IMG/VR virus record: IMGVR_UViG_3300032001_000013
Location: 1 to 45,046 of that record
Source of the DNA: a virus
Lineage: Duplodnaviria > Caudoviricetes
Reading direction: 5' to 3' (one strand)
Length of the DNA: 45,046 nt
The notes under the pieces were generated by a model. The model made no database searches and was not told the DNA's origin. It saw only the letters and a list, made by a program, of their open reading frames with translations. Shown here piece by piece: positions 1 to 8,933 of this stretch; position 1 is the stretch's first letter; the number at the start of each line of letters is the position of its first letter. The position numbers and the translations under genes are program-made.

Positions 1-1
1 C

Positions 2-52
2 GCGAATTACGCCGTCGGCGACACGGACGACTCGGACCTGTTCGTCGATTAA
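2..52 (+). CDS. 3' end of upstream gene (partial; ...ANYAVGDTDDSDLFVD*)
   Basis: GC3-rich open frame ending at TAA 50-52; acidic C-terminus. Confidence 0.55.
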   Translation, partial: ANYAVGDTDDSDLFVD

Positions 53-69
53 TGGTTCACTGAACCATT
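49..69. promoter_or_regulatory. Palindrome AATGGTTCA-C-TGAACCATT
   Basis: Perfect AT-rich inverted repeat; identical 21-mer in reverse complement at 33106-33126; both copies are associated with GGY-NN arrays. Confidence 0.7.
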
Positions 70-111
70 GACAAGCGAGGGAGGCGGCCCCCGACGTTGA
101 TCGCCTCCCCC

Positions 112-550
112 GCCTGCCGAGCCGGGCATTGCCCACCCGTGCCGATCCGTGCCCTTGCCTGCGCTGCCGCGCGATGCCCCGCCGAGCTGCGCCTTGACGT
201 GCTGAGCGATTCCTGCCCCGACTTGCCGAGCCGTGCGGTGCGATCCGTGCCGACCGAACGGCGCCCAGCCGAGCCTTGGGCTGCCTCTGCCTGCCTCACA
301 ATGGCATGCCTCGCCCCGCCTTGGAACGCCTCGCCATGCTTTTCCGGCCGAGCCGGGCCGGGCTGCGCTAGGCCCTCGAAGCCACGCCTAGCCTTTCCTG
401 CCTCGCCCAGTGCCGCATCGCCGTCCACGCCGTGCAGCGGGGTGCCACGACGGCCGCACCTTGCCTTGCCCTGCATTCCGCGCAGAGCCGAGCTGTCCGG
501 ACGGTGCCGGGCCAAGCCACGCGATCCGATCCCGTGCCGGGCCCTGACGT
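112..550 (-). repeat. GGY-NN pentamer array 1 (about 7 units; putative non-contiguous guide RNA)
   Basis: 5-nt periodic GCC-NN on + strand (GGC-NN on -), units separated by GGCAGG/GGCCGTC-type spacers; promoter-like TATCTT-CC-TTGATA at 563-550 on -; hairpin at about 79-110 downstream. Confidence 0.9.
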
Positions 551-590
551 ATCAAGGAAGATAGCACATCGCAGAGCATGAGGAGGGCCG

Positions 591-782
591 ATGCCCTGGA
601 GCGTGACGATCAAGACCGGGCTGAAGGACGTGGTGCTGCCCAACGGGCTGCGCTACCAGGCCGGCGACATCGTGGTGCTGAGCGACGACCAGATCCAGCT
701 GATCTCCAAGACGGCGATCGCCAACCTGTTCACCGCTGCCCCCACCGCGGTCTCGGCCACCTGGCCAGCCGGGGCCTCGTGA
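591..782 (+). CDS. Hypothetical protein, 63 aa (possibly virion-associated)
   Basis: RBS GAGGAGG, GC3-biased codons, stop overlaps next start. Confidence 0.75.
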   Translation: MPWSVTIKTGLKDVVLPNGLRYQAGDIVVLSDDQIQLISKTAIANLFTAAPTAVSATWPAGAS

Positions 783-958
783 CAGGGCCCGAGCGCGACT
801 GGGGCAAGGTCTGCTACGAGGCCTACGTCAACGACATCAGTGAGGCCGAGGCCGTCCTGCACGACCGGCTGCGGCTGGCCTGGGAGGTCCTGACCGCCAC
901 CGAGCAGGCCCACTGGCGGGCCGCGGCCCGGGAAGTGCTGGACCTCAGGGAGGCGTGA
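779..958 (+). CDS. Hypothetical protein
   Basis: GTGA overlap with upstream stop; 3' part of ORF 578..958. Confidence 0.7.
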   Translation: MTGPERDWGKVCYEAYVNDISEAEAVLHDRLRLAWEVLTATEQAHWRAAAREVLDLREA

Positions 959-1401
959 TGGCGGACTTCTCGTTCGTGACGGAGCGGCTGGCGACCGGCG
1001 CGGCCATCACCGGGCCCGCTGACGTGACGGCGCTGCATGCCGCCGGGATCACGCACATCATCGACTGCCGTGCCGAGTTCAGCGACGCCCCGCTGCTGGC
1101 CACCTCGGGGATGGCCTACCTGTGGAACGGCACCGAGGACGACGGGCAGCCCAAGCCGCCTGCCTGGTTCGCGGCCAGCCTGGTGTTCGCGCTGCCCGCG
1201 CTGGCCACCGCCGGGGCGAAGGTGTACGCGCACTGCGCGGCCGGGGTGAACCGGGGCCCGTCGACCGCGTACGCGATCCTGCGGGCCTTCGGGCTGCTGC
1301 CCGCCGCCGCCGAGGCCATGATCCGCGCGGCCCGCCCCCAGGTGGGGCTGGCGTACAAGGCCGACGCCGACTCCGCCGTCACGGCGCTCGGCTACGACTG
1401 A
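955..1401 (+). CDS. Dual-specificity/tyrosine protein phosphatase family protein
   Basis: HCAAGVNRG = CX5R catalytic loop; GITHIIDC and upstream acid loop (EDDG). Confidence 0.9.
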   Translation: MMADFSFVTERLATGAAITGPADVTALHAAGITHIIDCRAEFSDAPLLATSGMAYLWNGTEDDGQPKPPAWFAASLVFALPALATAGAKVYAHCAAGVNRGPSTAYAILRAFGLLPAAAEAMIRAARPQVGLAYKADADSAVTALGYD

Positions 1402-1689
1402 CCGGTGCACTCGCCTTCGCACCAGGGGCACCAGCTGTCGTCATCGACCGCCAGGCTCAGGCCGACCAGCTCCAGCAGGAAGATGCGCCATTCTCGTTCT
1501 TCGTCCATGCATGAGAGGTCCCTGAGCGCCTTCTGGCGTGAGCAGGCGCGCGTTCGCTCACGGAGAAGTCTCAACCTCTGCTTGAACCTCCCCCCAGAAG
1601 TAGCAGAGGACTGCATCTGGCTAAGCGCCAGCCCCGGAAGAGGCAGGACGAGGCGAAGGAGGTGACCAGTGAGCGGACGCTATGCGGAT

Positions 1690-2241
1690 TCAGCGGCGAG
1701 CTGCTTCCTGGACGCCGCCTGCTTCCTCCAGCAGCTTGATGATGGCGCTGAGCTGGTCGCGAGAAGGCTTCAGGTAGATGATGCCCTGGGCGAGCCGCAC
1801 TGGATCTTCGCCGGCGGCCCCGATCATGGTGTTGCAGTCCCGGTCGGCGTACCCGCGGATCCTCTTGGTTACGTGGTCGTGCTCGACGCACAGGGCCAGT
1901 CCGTTGGGGCCGTTGCCGCTGGGAATTTCGCCGCAGATGTCGCAGCGTCCCGAGCGCCCGGCGACTTCAGCTCGGTACTCCTCGATGGTGATGCCGTAGA
2001 GGCGCTGAAGCTGATAGCTGCGCAGGCGGTCCTTGTTGGCCTCGCGCCAGGCTTTATGCGCCTTGCTGACCTCCTCCTTGTGACCTTGCCGGTGCAGGCC
2101 TGCGTCCTCGCGTGCCTTGACCGCGCAGGTCCAGCCTTTGCTCCTGGCGGCATTCCTGTTGACCTGAACCGTTTCGCCGCAGCCCGAGCAGTAGGCCGTC
2201 CGGTTCGTTTCGTCGATCCGGCTGATGTAGTGCTGGCCCAT
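1690..2241 (-). CDS. Endonuclease VII-like (His-Me finger) nuclease, likely free-standing homing endonuclease
   Basis: YGIT..EY, CDICG, VEHDH..RIRG..CN motifs; N-terminal CxxC. Confidence 0.85.
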   Translation of the reverse strand: MGQHYISRIDETNRTAYCSGCGETVQVNRNAARSKGWTCAVKAREDAGLHRQGHKEEVSKAHKAWREANKDRLRSYQLQRLYGITIEEYRAEVAGRSGRCDICGEIPSGNGPNGLALCVEHDHVTKRIRGYADRDCNTMIGAAGEDPVRLAQGIIYLKPSRDQLSAIIKLLEEAGGVQEAARR

Positions 2242-2303
2242 TCCGACAGCCTAGGGCGGTCAGGAATCAAACGAAGTATCGAACAGGGTGAGGAGAGAGT
2301 GCG

Positions 2304-2990
2304 ATGATTCGTACCTATCTTTCAAACGATTACATCAAGCGCACGATCCGGCCCCTGTTCGCCTGGACCCAGGCGACGCCCAAGCCGGTGTTCCTGGACC
2401 CGAACTGGACCAGGGCCGTGCCGGTCTGGCCGGGCATGGGCTTCATCCGCACGGGCGGCGACCTGGTGACCCTGGCGGGCGCCAACAGCACCCAGATGAA
2501 CGGCGCCACCATGCAGGGCACCGCGGGCACCTCGAACAACGGCTCGTCCTACCTGGTGGCCACGCAGACGCTGCCCATCTACGGGCTCGGCGCGCTGTAC
2601 GTCGGCGGCGACGGCATCGACGAGCTGCTGTACGCGGGCATCAACGCCTTCGCGGTCTGGGTGCTGACCCCCGACGCCGAGTTCGAGATCCTTGCCCCGG
2701 CTTTCGACCCGACGGCCACCTGGGCCGACCCGACTGACGGCTCCGGCTCGGTGCTGGTGGGCTGCTGCACCCAGAACGCCTCCGGCGCTGCCGGCTCGGT
2801 GGGCGGCGGCACCGGGGCCCTCCAGGGGCAGCTGGTGCCCTGGTCCAGCTCCGTGTCGATCTCCGCCCCGGTGGCCCGGCTGCTGAAGGTCAACTCCAGC
2901 ACCAAGATCACGATCGGCGGCCTGGAGCCGTACAGCGCGGCCCTGCTCGCCTCCACCTCTGCCAGCTTCGCAGCCGTCGGCCGCGACTGA
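2304..2990 (+). CDS. Capsid decoration/minor capsid protein
   Basis: Directly upstream of MCP; KRTIRPLFA..QATP...FLDP resembles the gene preceding MCP in Bxz1-like phages (recalled). Confidence 0.7.
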   Translation: MIRTYLSNDYIKRTIRPLFAWTQATPKPVFLDPNWTRAVPVWPGMGFIRTGGDLVTLAGANSTQMNGATMQGTAGTSNNGSSYLVATQTLPIYGLGALYVGGDGIDELLYAGINAFAVWVLTPDAEFEILAPAFDPTATWADPTDGSGSVLVGCCTQNASGAAGSVGGGTGALQGQLVPWSSSVSISAPVARLLKVNSSTKITIGGLEPYSAALLASTSASFAAVGRD

Positions 2991-3020
2991 CCTCACAGGG
3001 ACGCAGGAAAGGACACTCAG

Positions 3021-4040
3021 ATGACCGAGCTTGCCACCGTTGCGAACGGGCAGCTGGCGCCGGCGGCACCGCTGGGCGGCCTGCGTCCCCGCGTTGCCTC
3101 GCGCAAGAGCGACGACTACGTTGCCCAGATCGAGGCCCGCCGGGCGCGCTCGGCTCCGCTGACCCGCGAGGCCAAGGTGCGCAAGATGGCCTTGATCCTC
3201 TCCGACGAGCTGCACGGCTTCCGCCGCCTGGGCGTCGGCATGGTGGGCCCGATCCAGCTGAAGCTGAGGTACCAGGGCATCGTCCGCAACGTGCTCGTCG
3301 AGGACCCGGTGACGCCGGGCACCCCGGTCGAGTACGACGTGTGGGACGACCTGGGCCAGGCCTACATCCTGAGCGGCACCGAGGGCGAGGTCCGGGTCAC
3401 GCCCTTTGAAGGCAAGCGCATCCCGGTGCGGTTCTTCCGCATCGCCAGCCGCCCGGCGATCCGCAAGGAGGACCTGTTCTACCTCCGGATCAACGCGGTC
3501 GAGCAGGCCCAGGACGAGACCAAGCAGGCCATCCTGAAGCAGGAGGACGCCCGCCTGCTGGTTATCCTCCAGGCCGCGGTGACGGACTACGCCACCCGCC
3601 CGGACCACGTGGTCACGCCGAACCACAACATCACCGAGGCCTCGGGCTATCTCACCCCGGGCAGCCTCTACTCGGCTGTCGCGATGACGGACCTGCACGA
3701 GCTGCCGTCCGCCCGGCTCATGATCAACCCGTTCGACTTCCGCGACATGTACCGCTGGGACATCAACCAGACGGGCTGGGCCTTCAAGGACCGCGTGGTC
3801 GCCGGCGAGACGATCACCAGCTTCGGCGAGTTCCAGATCCAGCGTTCCATCATCGTGCCGCAGGCCAAGATCTTCCTGACCCCCGAGCCCAACTTCCTCG
3901 GCGTCTTCCCGGTCCTCTACTCGCTCGACGTCGAGGAGAACCACATGGTCGAGGCCTTCTGGAAGGGCTGGGTGTTCGACGAGATGGTGGCTATGTCCAT
4001 TTTGAATCCAAGGGGAATAGCCACGATCACCAAGAGCTGA
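3021..4040 (+). CDS. Major capsid protein
   Basis: GPIQLKLRYQGIVRNVL, YRWDINQTGWAFKD, YSLDVEEN...KGWVFDE closely resemble Bxz1/cluster C MCP; strong RBS. Confidence 0.93.
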   Translation: MTELATVANGQLAPAAPLGGLRPRVASRKSDDYVAQIEARRARSAPLTREAKVRKMALILSDELHGFRRLGVGMVGPIQLKLRYQGIVRNVLVEDPVTPGTPVEYDVWDDLGQAYILSGTEGEVRVTPFEGKRIPVRFFRIASRPAIRKEDLFYLRINAVEQAQDETKQAILKQEDARLLVILQAAVTDYATRPDHVVTPNHNITEASGYLTPGSLYSAVAMTDLHELPSARLMINPFDFRDMYRWDINQTGWAFKDRVVAGETITSFGEFQIQRSIIVPQAKIFLTPEPNFLGVFPVLYSLDVEENHMVEAFWKGWVFDEMVAMSILNPRGIATITKS

Positions 4041-4075
4041 CGAGGGTAGTTGACTACTCTTCTCGCGCAGATAGC

Positions 4076-4113
4076 ACAGGAGCGGGCCCCTTCGGCTGGG
4101 GGCCCGCTCCTGT
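4076..4113 (+). terminator. Intrinsic terminator-like hairpin after MCP
   Basis: 15-bp stem ACAGGAGCGGGCCCC / GGGGCCCGCTCCTGT. Confidence 0.75.
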
Positions 4114-4158
4114 CGTGTCCGACGCGTCGAACAGGTATTGCCGGCTGGTCACGCGCAG

Positions 4159-4344
4159 TCACATCTGCTTGTACTTGCGGCGGAACCTCTTGCGCTTGAT
4201 CCCGGGCACCGCGGGCAGCAGCACGTGCTTGGCACGGTGCTCCCCGGTGTTGCCGTCGTAGTCGGCCCGGTGCTTGCCCTTGGGCTTCTCCCTGCGGTAC
4301 TTGGCCTTCAGCGGGATCTCGCGGGGCCCGCTGGCCCCGTCCAT
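4159..4344 (-). CDS. Small basic hypothetical protein
   Basis: RBS GAGGAGG upstream on -; K/R-rich. Confidence 0.65.
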   Translation of the reverse strand: MDGASGPREIPLKAKYRREKPKGKHRADYDGNTGEHRAKHVLLPAVPGIKRKRFRRKYKQM

Positions 4345-4497
4345 GATTCACCTCCTCACCTCACTCGGCGGGGCGGGCGGCCACGGACGGCATGGCGTAC
4401 GACCTCCTGATCGCGGTACCGCAGGGCGCCCGGGGCTTCGGGACACCCGGGCGTTCGCTTGCCCGGCCAGGGTACCAGTGATTAGGGTTCATTGATT

Positions 4498-4773
4498 ATG
4501 GCGAGACTCCCCGGTGAGCAGTTCCTCATCCAGCAGATGGACGGCGTGGTCATCCTGTTCGAGGAGGGCAGCGAGCGCGAGATCGTGCGCATCCCGCTGT
4601 CCGTCCCGGTCGACCCGCACGACCCCGAGAAGGGCACCAGGCTCAACGCCGACGGGTTCGCGAAGGCCCAGAAGACGATCCACGACTCCGAGCTGAGCGA
4701 CGAGGACAAGTGCTTCGCGCATTTCTGGTGCGGTTATTTCTGGGCGCACGCCGGCGGGCTCCTGGAGGCCTGA
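4498..4773 (+). CDS. Hypothetical protein (likely leaderless)
   Basis: ATG directly after promoter motif TAGGGT-TCA-TTGATT; GC3-biased codons. Confidence 0.75.
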   Translation: MARLPGEQFLIQQMDGVVILFEEGSEREIVRIPLSVPVDPHDPEKGTRLNADGFAKAQKTIHDSELSDEDKCFAHFWCGYFWAHAGGLLEA

Positions 4774-4774
4774 C

Positions 4775-4912
4775 GTGGCGGCCGTTTCCGAGACCTGCGG
4801 CGACCGGGACTGCGTGATCTGCTACCCGCTGGTCACCAAGACCGGGCACGTCGTCACGCCCGAGGAGCTGGAGCTGTGGGCTGAGGAGGCCAGGGCCGGG
4901 TATGAGTTGTAA
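4775..4912 (+). CDS. Small hypothetical protein, 45 aa
   Basis: GTG...TAA read by eye; coupled to both neighbours. Confidence 0.55.
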   Translation: MAAVSETCGDRDCVICYPLVTKTGHVVTPEELELWAEEARAGYEL

Positions 4913-5022
4913 TGCTGATCCGGTGCCCGCAGTGCAACGCCGACCCGAAGCTCATGCCGGACTGCGGCAAGTGCAGCGGCTCCGGCACCATCAACGTGAA
5001 GGATCCGCCGAAGAAGAGATGA
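4912..5022 (+). CDS. Mini zinc-finger protein, 36 aa (DnaJ-type CxxC..CxxCxGxG)
   Basis: MLIRCPQC...CGKCSGSG; TAATG overlap with upstream stop. Confidence 0.65.
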   Translation: MLIRCPQCNADPKLMPDCGKCSGSGTINVKDPPKKR

Positions 5023-5040
5023 CGCCCTATAATCCTTGAT

Positions 5041-5682
5041 ATGCCTAAAGCGACTGCCGTATTCCACCTTGCCCAGTACCTGCCGTACGGCCGGGAAGAC
5101 AAGCCGGGGAACTGGGCGGACCTGTCCCGTTGGGGCACCCCCGAGGATGCCTGGGAACGGATTGACGTCTTCCGCCAGGCCTACGACGATCATCCTGAGG
5201 CCCTCCAGCCGGCGGGCTACCGGGTGGTCAGGCGCACCATCATCGACGAGGTGGTTCCCGACCTGCGGCCGAAGCCCGAGGAGGAAGCCGATGCAGTGGC
5301 GACCGGGTTACCTGGCTATCCGGGCCCTGGGCCGCGCCCGGTGGATGCTGGCTGCCGTCCCGGCCTCGGCCTACATCGCCTTCGCCACCCTGGGCCTGGC
5401 GTTCATCCCGCTGGCCGGCAAGACCTGGGCGCCGCTGTCCGCCTTCGCCAGCTTCACGCTGGGCGCCTGGAGCATCTGCCGCATGATCCGCCGCCAGCGG
5501 GCCCTGTCCTGGCAGGCCTGGAAGCCGTGACCCTCAAGCAGCTCGGCACGTACGCGGCGGTCGCCTTCGTCATCTGGCTGATCATCGTCGAGCCCGTGAC
5601 CGCGGCCAAGGTCGTGCACGGCATCGGCAACCTGCTGTCCGAGTTCGCCCACGGGGTGACAGCGTTCATCACCGCGCTGTGA
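5041..5682 (+). CDS. Hypothetical protein(s); N-terminal about 85 aa and C-terminal membrane peptide (GTG 5527) look like separate genes
   Basis: Leaderless ATG after TATAAT-CC-TTGAT; middle part overlaps 5291..5530 in another frame. Confidence 0.5.
   Translation: MPKATAVFHLAQYLPYGREDKPGNWADLSRWGTPEDAWERIDVFRQAYDDHPEALQPAGYRVVRRTIIDEVVPDLRPKPEEEADAVATGLPGYPGPGPRPVDAGCRPGLGLHRLRHPGPGVHPAGRQDLGAAVRLRQLHAGRLEHLPHDPPPAGPVLAGLEAVTLKQLGTYAAVAFVIWLIIVEPVTAAKVVHGIGNLLSEFAHGVTAFITAL
5291..5530 (+). CDS. Small membrane protein
   Basis: RBS GAGGAGG; two hydrophobic segments; stop overlaps GTG 5527. Confidence 0.6.
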   Translation: MQWRPGYLAIRALGRARWMLAAVPASAYIAFATLGLAFIPLAGKTWAPLSAFASFTLGAWSICRMIRRQRALSWQAWKP

Positions 5683-5697
5683 CCCCCGGAAGGGGTG

Positions 5698-5916
5698 ATG
5701 GCTGCCCCGCTCCCCCTGTCCGAGATCTGCCAGGCCGCAGCCGACCTGGGCAGCCAGACCCCCTACTGCGATCGCGAGCTGGCCGTGATCCTGTCTGCCT
5801 GGCTGGCCTCGGTGTCGGGCCGGGCCGAGGCCGGAGACGACCTGGGCGCCCTGGACTGGGAGGCGGCGCTGGCGGTGGCCCGCTGGTCGGCCCGCCGTCA
5901 TAGCGTATTTGCCTAA
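5698..5916 (+). CDS. Hypothetical protein
   Basis: ORF preceded by CCCCGGAAG motif. Confidence 0.6.
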   Translation: MAAPLPLSEICQAAADLGSQTPYCDRELAVILSAWLASVSGRAEAGDDLGALDWEAALAVARWSARRHSVFA

Positions 5917-5997
5917 TCTAGATTTATTGATATCCTCGTCCTCGGAGTCCCTCCTCCAGCGCCCGGAACGCGGGCCGGGAGGGGCCTGAGGAGCAAC

Positions 5998-6624
5998 ATG
6001 CGAATCCGTACCATCCTCGCCGCCGCGGCGGTGCCCGCCGCCCTGGCGGTCACGCTGCTCGGCGCGACCTCGGCCTCGGCTTCCGCCAAGCCGGCGGCCT
6101 ACAGCGCCAACGCGCACGAGTCCGGCGTGTCCGACACGACCAACGTGTCCGGCAACGCCACCCAGGACAGCCCCGGCGGGCCGGTCTGGGCGCTCGACAA
6201 CCTGGAGCGCAAGCTCACCGCGACGCAGAACGCGGACGGCACCTGGGCCGTGCAGATCTCATCCCAGGGCTCGTTCAGCGCGTTCGCCAGCCCGATCGAC
6301 GGCAACACGTGGCCTGGCGTCGGCGCATCAGCTAGCGACAACACCGGCTCGGTCAAGGGGTTCGTCAACTACACGGTGGTCTCGGCCACCCCGCCGAGCA
6401 ACGCCAACCTGCCGTCGCAGCTGCCGAACACGCTGCACTCCGCCGACATCGCGGCCCTGTGGTTCGGCGTGCCTTCGTCCGCGGTGACCGGGGCGTCGCC
6501 CGGCGGCATCAACTACTCGTTCGACTACAGCCCGGTCCCCGTTCCCTCTGACGCCGGCACGCCTGCTGCCGGGATCAGCTGGGGCCAGGGCCCGAACGGC
6601 CTGCACTACGTGCAAGCCGGCTGA
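5998..6624 (+). CDS. Secreted protein
   Basis: Signal peptide MRIRTILAAAAVPAALAVTLLGATSASA; own promoter at 5919. Confidence 0.85.
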   Translation: MRIRTILAAAAVPAALAVTLLGATSASASAKPAAYSANAHESGVSDTTNVSGNATQDSPGGPVWALDNLERKLTATQNADGTWAVQISSQGSFSAFASPIDGNTWPGVGASASDNTGSVKGFVNYTVVSATPPSNANLPSQLPNTLHSADIAALWFGVPSSAVTGASPGGINYSFDYSPVPVPSDAGTPAAGISWGQGPNGLHYVQAG

Positions 6625-6704
6625 CAAGCCCCGGGGGCCCGCTGACCAAGCCCGGCGGGCTCCCGGCTGCCACTAAGGTTTATTGACTGAGGAAGGACCA
6701 CATC

Positions 6705-6968
6705 ATGACCAGGCGCTATCTCGGCCGCGAGGAGACCTACAGCACCACCCAGGTCGCCCGCTACCTGACCGACAACTACACGCACGAGGACGGCAGCCCG
6801 GTCACCGAGGCCGAGGCCCAGAACGCGGTGCAGGATCACAAGCAGGCCGTCACCGACGCCATCAGGAAGACGTCGTACGCGTACTACCCCGGCGACCGGA
6901 TCGCCGAGGCCATGGGCTGGACCGAGCTGCCCGAGCCGGACGAAGAGGAGGACGAGGACGATGAGTGA
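6705..6968 (+). CDS. Hypothetical protein with acidic tail
   Basis: RBS; promoter motif at 6674. Confidence 0.8.
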   Translation: MTRRYLGREETYSTTQVARYLTDNYTHEDGSPVTEAEAQNAVQDHKQAVTDAIRKTSYAYYPGDRIAEAMGWTELPEPDEEEDEDDE

Positions 6969-7296
6969 CGCGGGCACCCCGCTGCTCTGCCCGGAGTGCT
7001 CCCGCCCGCGCGGCGGGACATGCCGCTGCAACTGGAACACGCAGGAAGGAACGGCGATGATTGACCCGACCGAGGCCGTCCGCCGGCAGATGGTCGAGGC
7101 CGGCCAGCCGGCCGCCGACCTGGCCGCCGCCCCGGGCCAGAAGTGGACGGCCCAGACGCTCGGCGAGGATTTCACGGTGGTGGGCTTCGCGGCCCCCTTC
7201 GTGGTCGTGATCCGCAAGTCAGACAACGTGACGGGCACGCTGGAGTTCACCCACAGCCCGCGGGTTTACTTCTCGTTCAGGGAGCACCAGGAATGA
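6961..7296 (+). CDS. Hypothetical protein (alternative start 7057)
   Basis: DFTVVGFAAPFVVV.RKSD...GTLEFTHSPRVYF; typical small phage protein. Confidence 0.75.
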   Translation: MSDAGTPLLCPECSRPRGGTCRCNWNTQEGTAMIDPTEAVRRQMVEAGQPAADLAAAPGQKWTAQTLGEDFTVVGFAAPFVVVIRKSDNVTGTLEFTHSPRVYFSFREHQE

Positions 7297-7550
7297 GCCG
7301 GCCAAGCACCCGGGCAGGAGATGCCCTCGGCTCCGCCATGCGCGGCGCCGCCTGGGTCTTCGACTACGCGCTGCCGCTGGCCGCCGTGAGCGCCTACCGG
7401 CTGATCCCCGACGAGCGCCGCGGCAAGATGTTCGGCGGCCCGTCCGCCAGCCTGGCTGCGGTGGCGCAGCTGCGCAGGGCCGGCGGCGGCGGCTGGCAGA
7501 TCATCCGCATCGCGGCCAGCAACCACCCGGACAGGCCGAGGCTGCCGTGA
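7293..7550 (+). CDS. Hypothetical protein
   Basis: ATGA overlap with upstream stop. Confidence 0.6.
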   Translation: MSRPSTRAGDALGSAMRGAAWVFDYALPLAAVSAYRLIPDERRGKMFGGPSASLAAVAQLRRAGGGGWQIIRIAASNHPDRPRLP

Positions 7551-7732
7551 AGCGGCCCGTGTGCGCTGGCTGCGGCGCGGAGATCGCGGACGGCCAGCAG
7601 GTCGGCGTCACCGTCGAGTCCGGGCGGCATGTCATCACGGTCCCCGCGCACGATGAGCACCGGGATGCCGCCTGGGCGAACACGATGGCGCGCACCGACT
7701 GGAAGCGCGACCAGTCGCACTACGCCGGATAA
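7547..7732 (+). CDS. Small CxxC protein
   Basis: GTGA overlap; CAGCG. Confidence 0.65.
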   Translation: MKRPVCAGCGAEIADGQQVGVTVESGRHVITVPAHDEHRDAAWANTMARTDWKRDQSHYAG

Positions 7733-7950
7733 CTGAAGACGAGCCGGGCGCTTAGGCTCTTTCCGCCCGGTATGGTCCCCGGGCTGCGCGAGCAGCTGAG
7801 GGGGACCAGGCGCCCAGGCGCGTCGAGCACGCGGGCTGTCGGTGGACCGCGGCCGTCTCCGCGCCTGGGCGCTTCGATTTGGCATAACTAGGGTTTATTG
7901 ATATCTTGGTCCTAGACACCGCACGAGAGACCAGCACCGAGGAGCACCTG

Positions 7951-8361
7951 ATGACCGACACCGACATCCGCCACCCGGACGGCTACGACGCCGATCCGGA
8001 GTACGGCCTGCCCGCCGACACCGCCCCGTGCGGCGTCCTGTGCGGCAACCACCCCCGCGACCTGGAGCTGCGGATCCGGCACGAGAACGCCGCCGCGATC
8101 CGGGCCTGCTACGCGATCGGCCGCCAGCTGGCCGCTGAGAGCTATGCCGAGTGCCATGCCGAAGCCATGATGTCCTGGATCTGCGGCGGCGGCGACCAGG
8201 CCGGCGCCTACCGCTATGCTCACGTGGTCGCCTCCGGCGGCACCTGGGACGGCGGCATCAGCCGCGAGGAGTTCAGCGGCAAGCTGTGTGACCACGGCAT
8301 GGCCCTGGAGCTGTGCGAGGGCCCGCAGCACTACCCGCTCGACGACCCGGCAGACTTCTGA
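7951..8361 (+). CDS. Cys/His-rich hypothetical protein
   Basis: RBS GAGGAG; promoter at 7889; C-terminal CDHGM...LC.GP.HYP. Confidence 0.8.
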   Translation: MTDTDIRHPDGYDADPEYGLPADTAPCGVLCGNHPRDLELRIRHENAAAIRACYAIGRQLAAESYAECHAEAMMSWICGGGDQAGAYRYAHVVASGGTWDGGISREEFSGKLCDHGMALELCEGPQHYPLDDPADF

Positions 8362-8495
8362 AGGATCACTGCGACGTCAGCGAGGCGCCCTGGCTTTCTG
8401 GCCAAGGCGCTTCCGCGTCTCTAGGATCTTTGATAGTGTCCTCCCCGTCCGGCCCGCAGAGCCGCGGGCCTCACTTCAAGCGGGAGGGTTTCACC

Positions 8496-8933
8496 ATGCG
8501 ATTCCGCACGATCCTTGCTGCCCTGGCAGCGCCAGCTCTCATCGCGGGAGCAATGCTCACCGCTACCGCGGGCCCGGCGCTCGCGAGCGACACCGCCAAC
8601 GGCGCAGGCATTTTCGCCAACAACTTCCAGTGCAACGGCGCCAGCAACCTGGCCACCCAGACCGGCTTCGTCAACTTCCACCAGGACGGCGGCACGGTCA
8701 CGGCCATCGTCCACCTGAAGGACGCGCCGCCCAACAACACCATCAACGTGTGGGGCTACAGCGGCTTCTGCACCTTCGTCGCCTTCCTGGGCACGGTCAC
8801 GACGAACAGCAACGGCGTGGGCAACGCCACCTTCAGCTACGCCAGCCCGGCTGGCGCTCAGGTGTTCGTCATCGGGTATGACATCGCCCCGTACACCGGG
8901 TACGTCTTCGACTCAGCGGCGGTCACGCCGTGA
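8496..8933 (+). CDS. Secreted protein
   Basis: Signal peptide MRFRTILAALAAPALIAG...ALA; promoter at 8422. Confidence 0.85.
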   Translation: MRFRTILAALAAPALIAGAMLTATAGPALASDTANGAGIFANNFQCNGASNLATQTGFVNFHQDGGTVTAIVHLKDAPPNNTINVWGYSGFCTFVAFLGTVTTNSNGVGNATFSYASPAGAQVFVIGYDIAPYTGYVFDSAAVTP

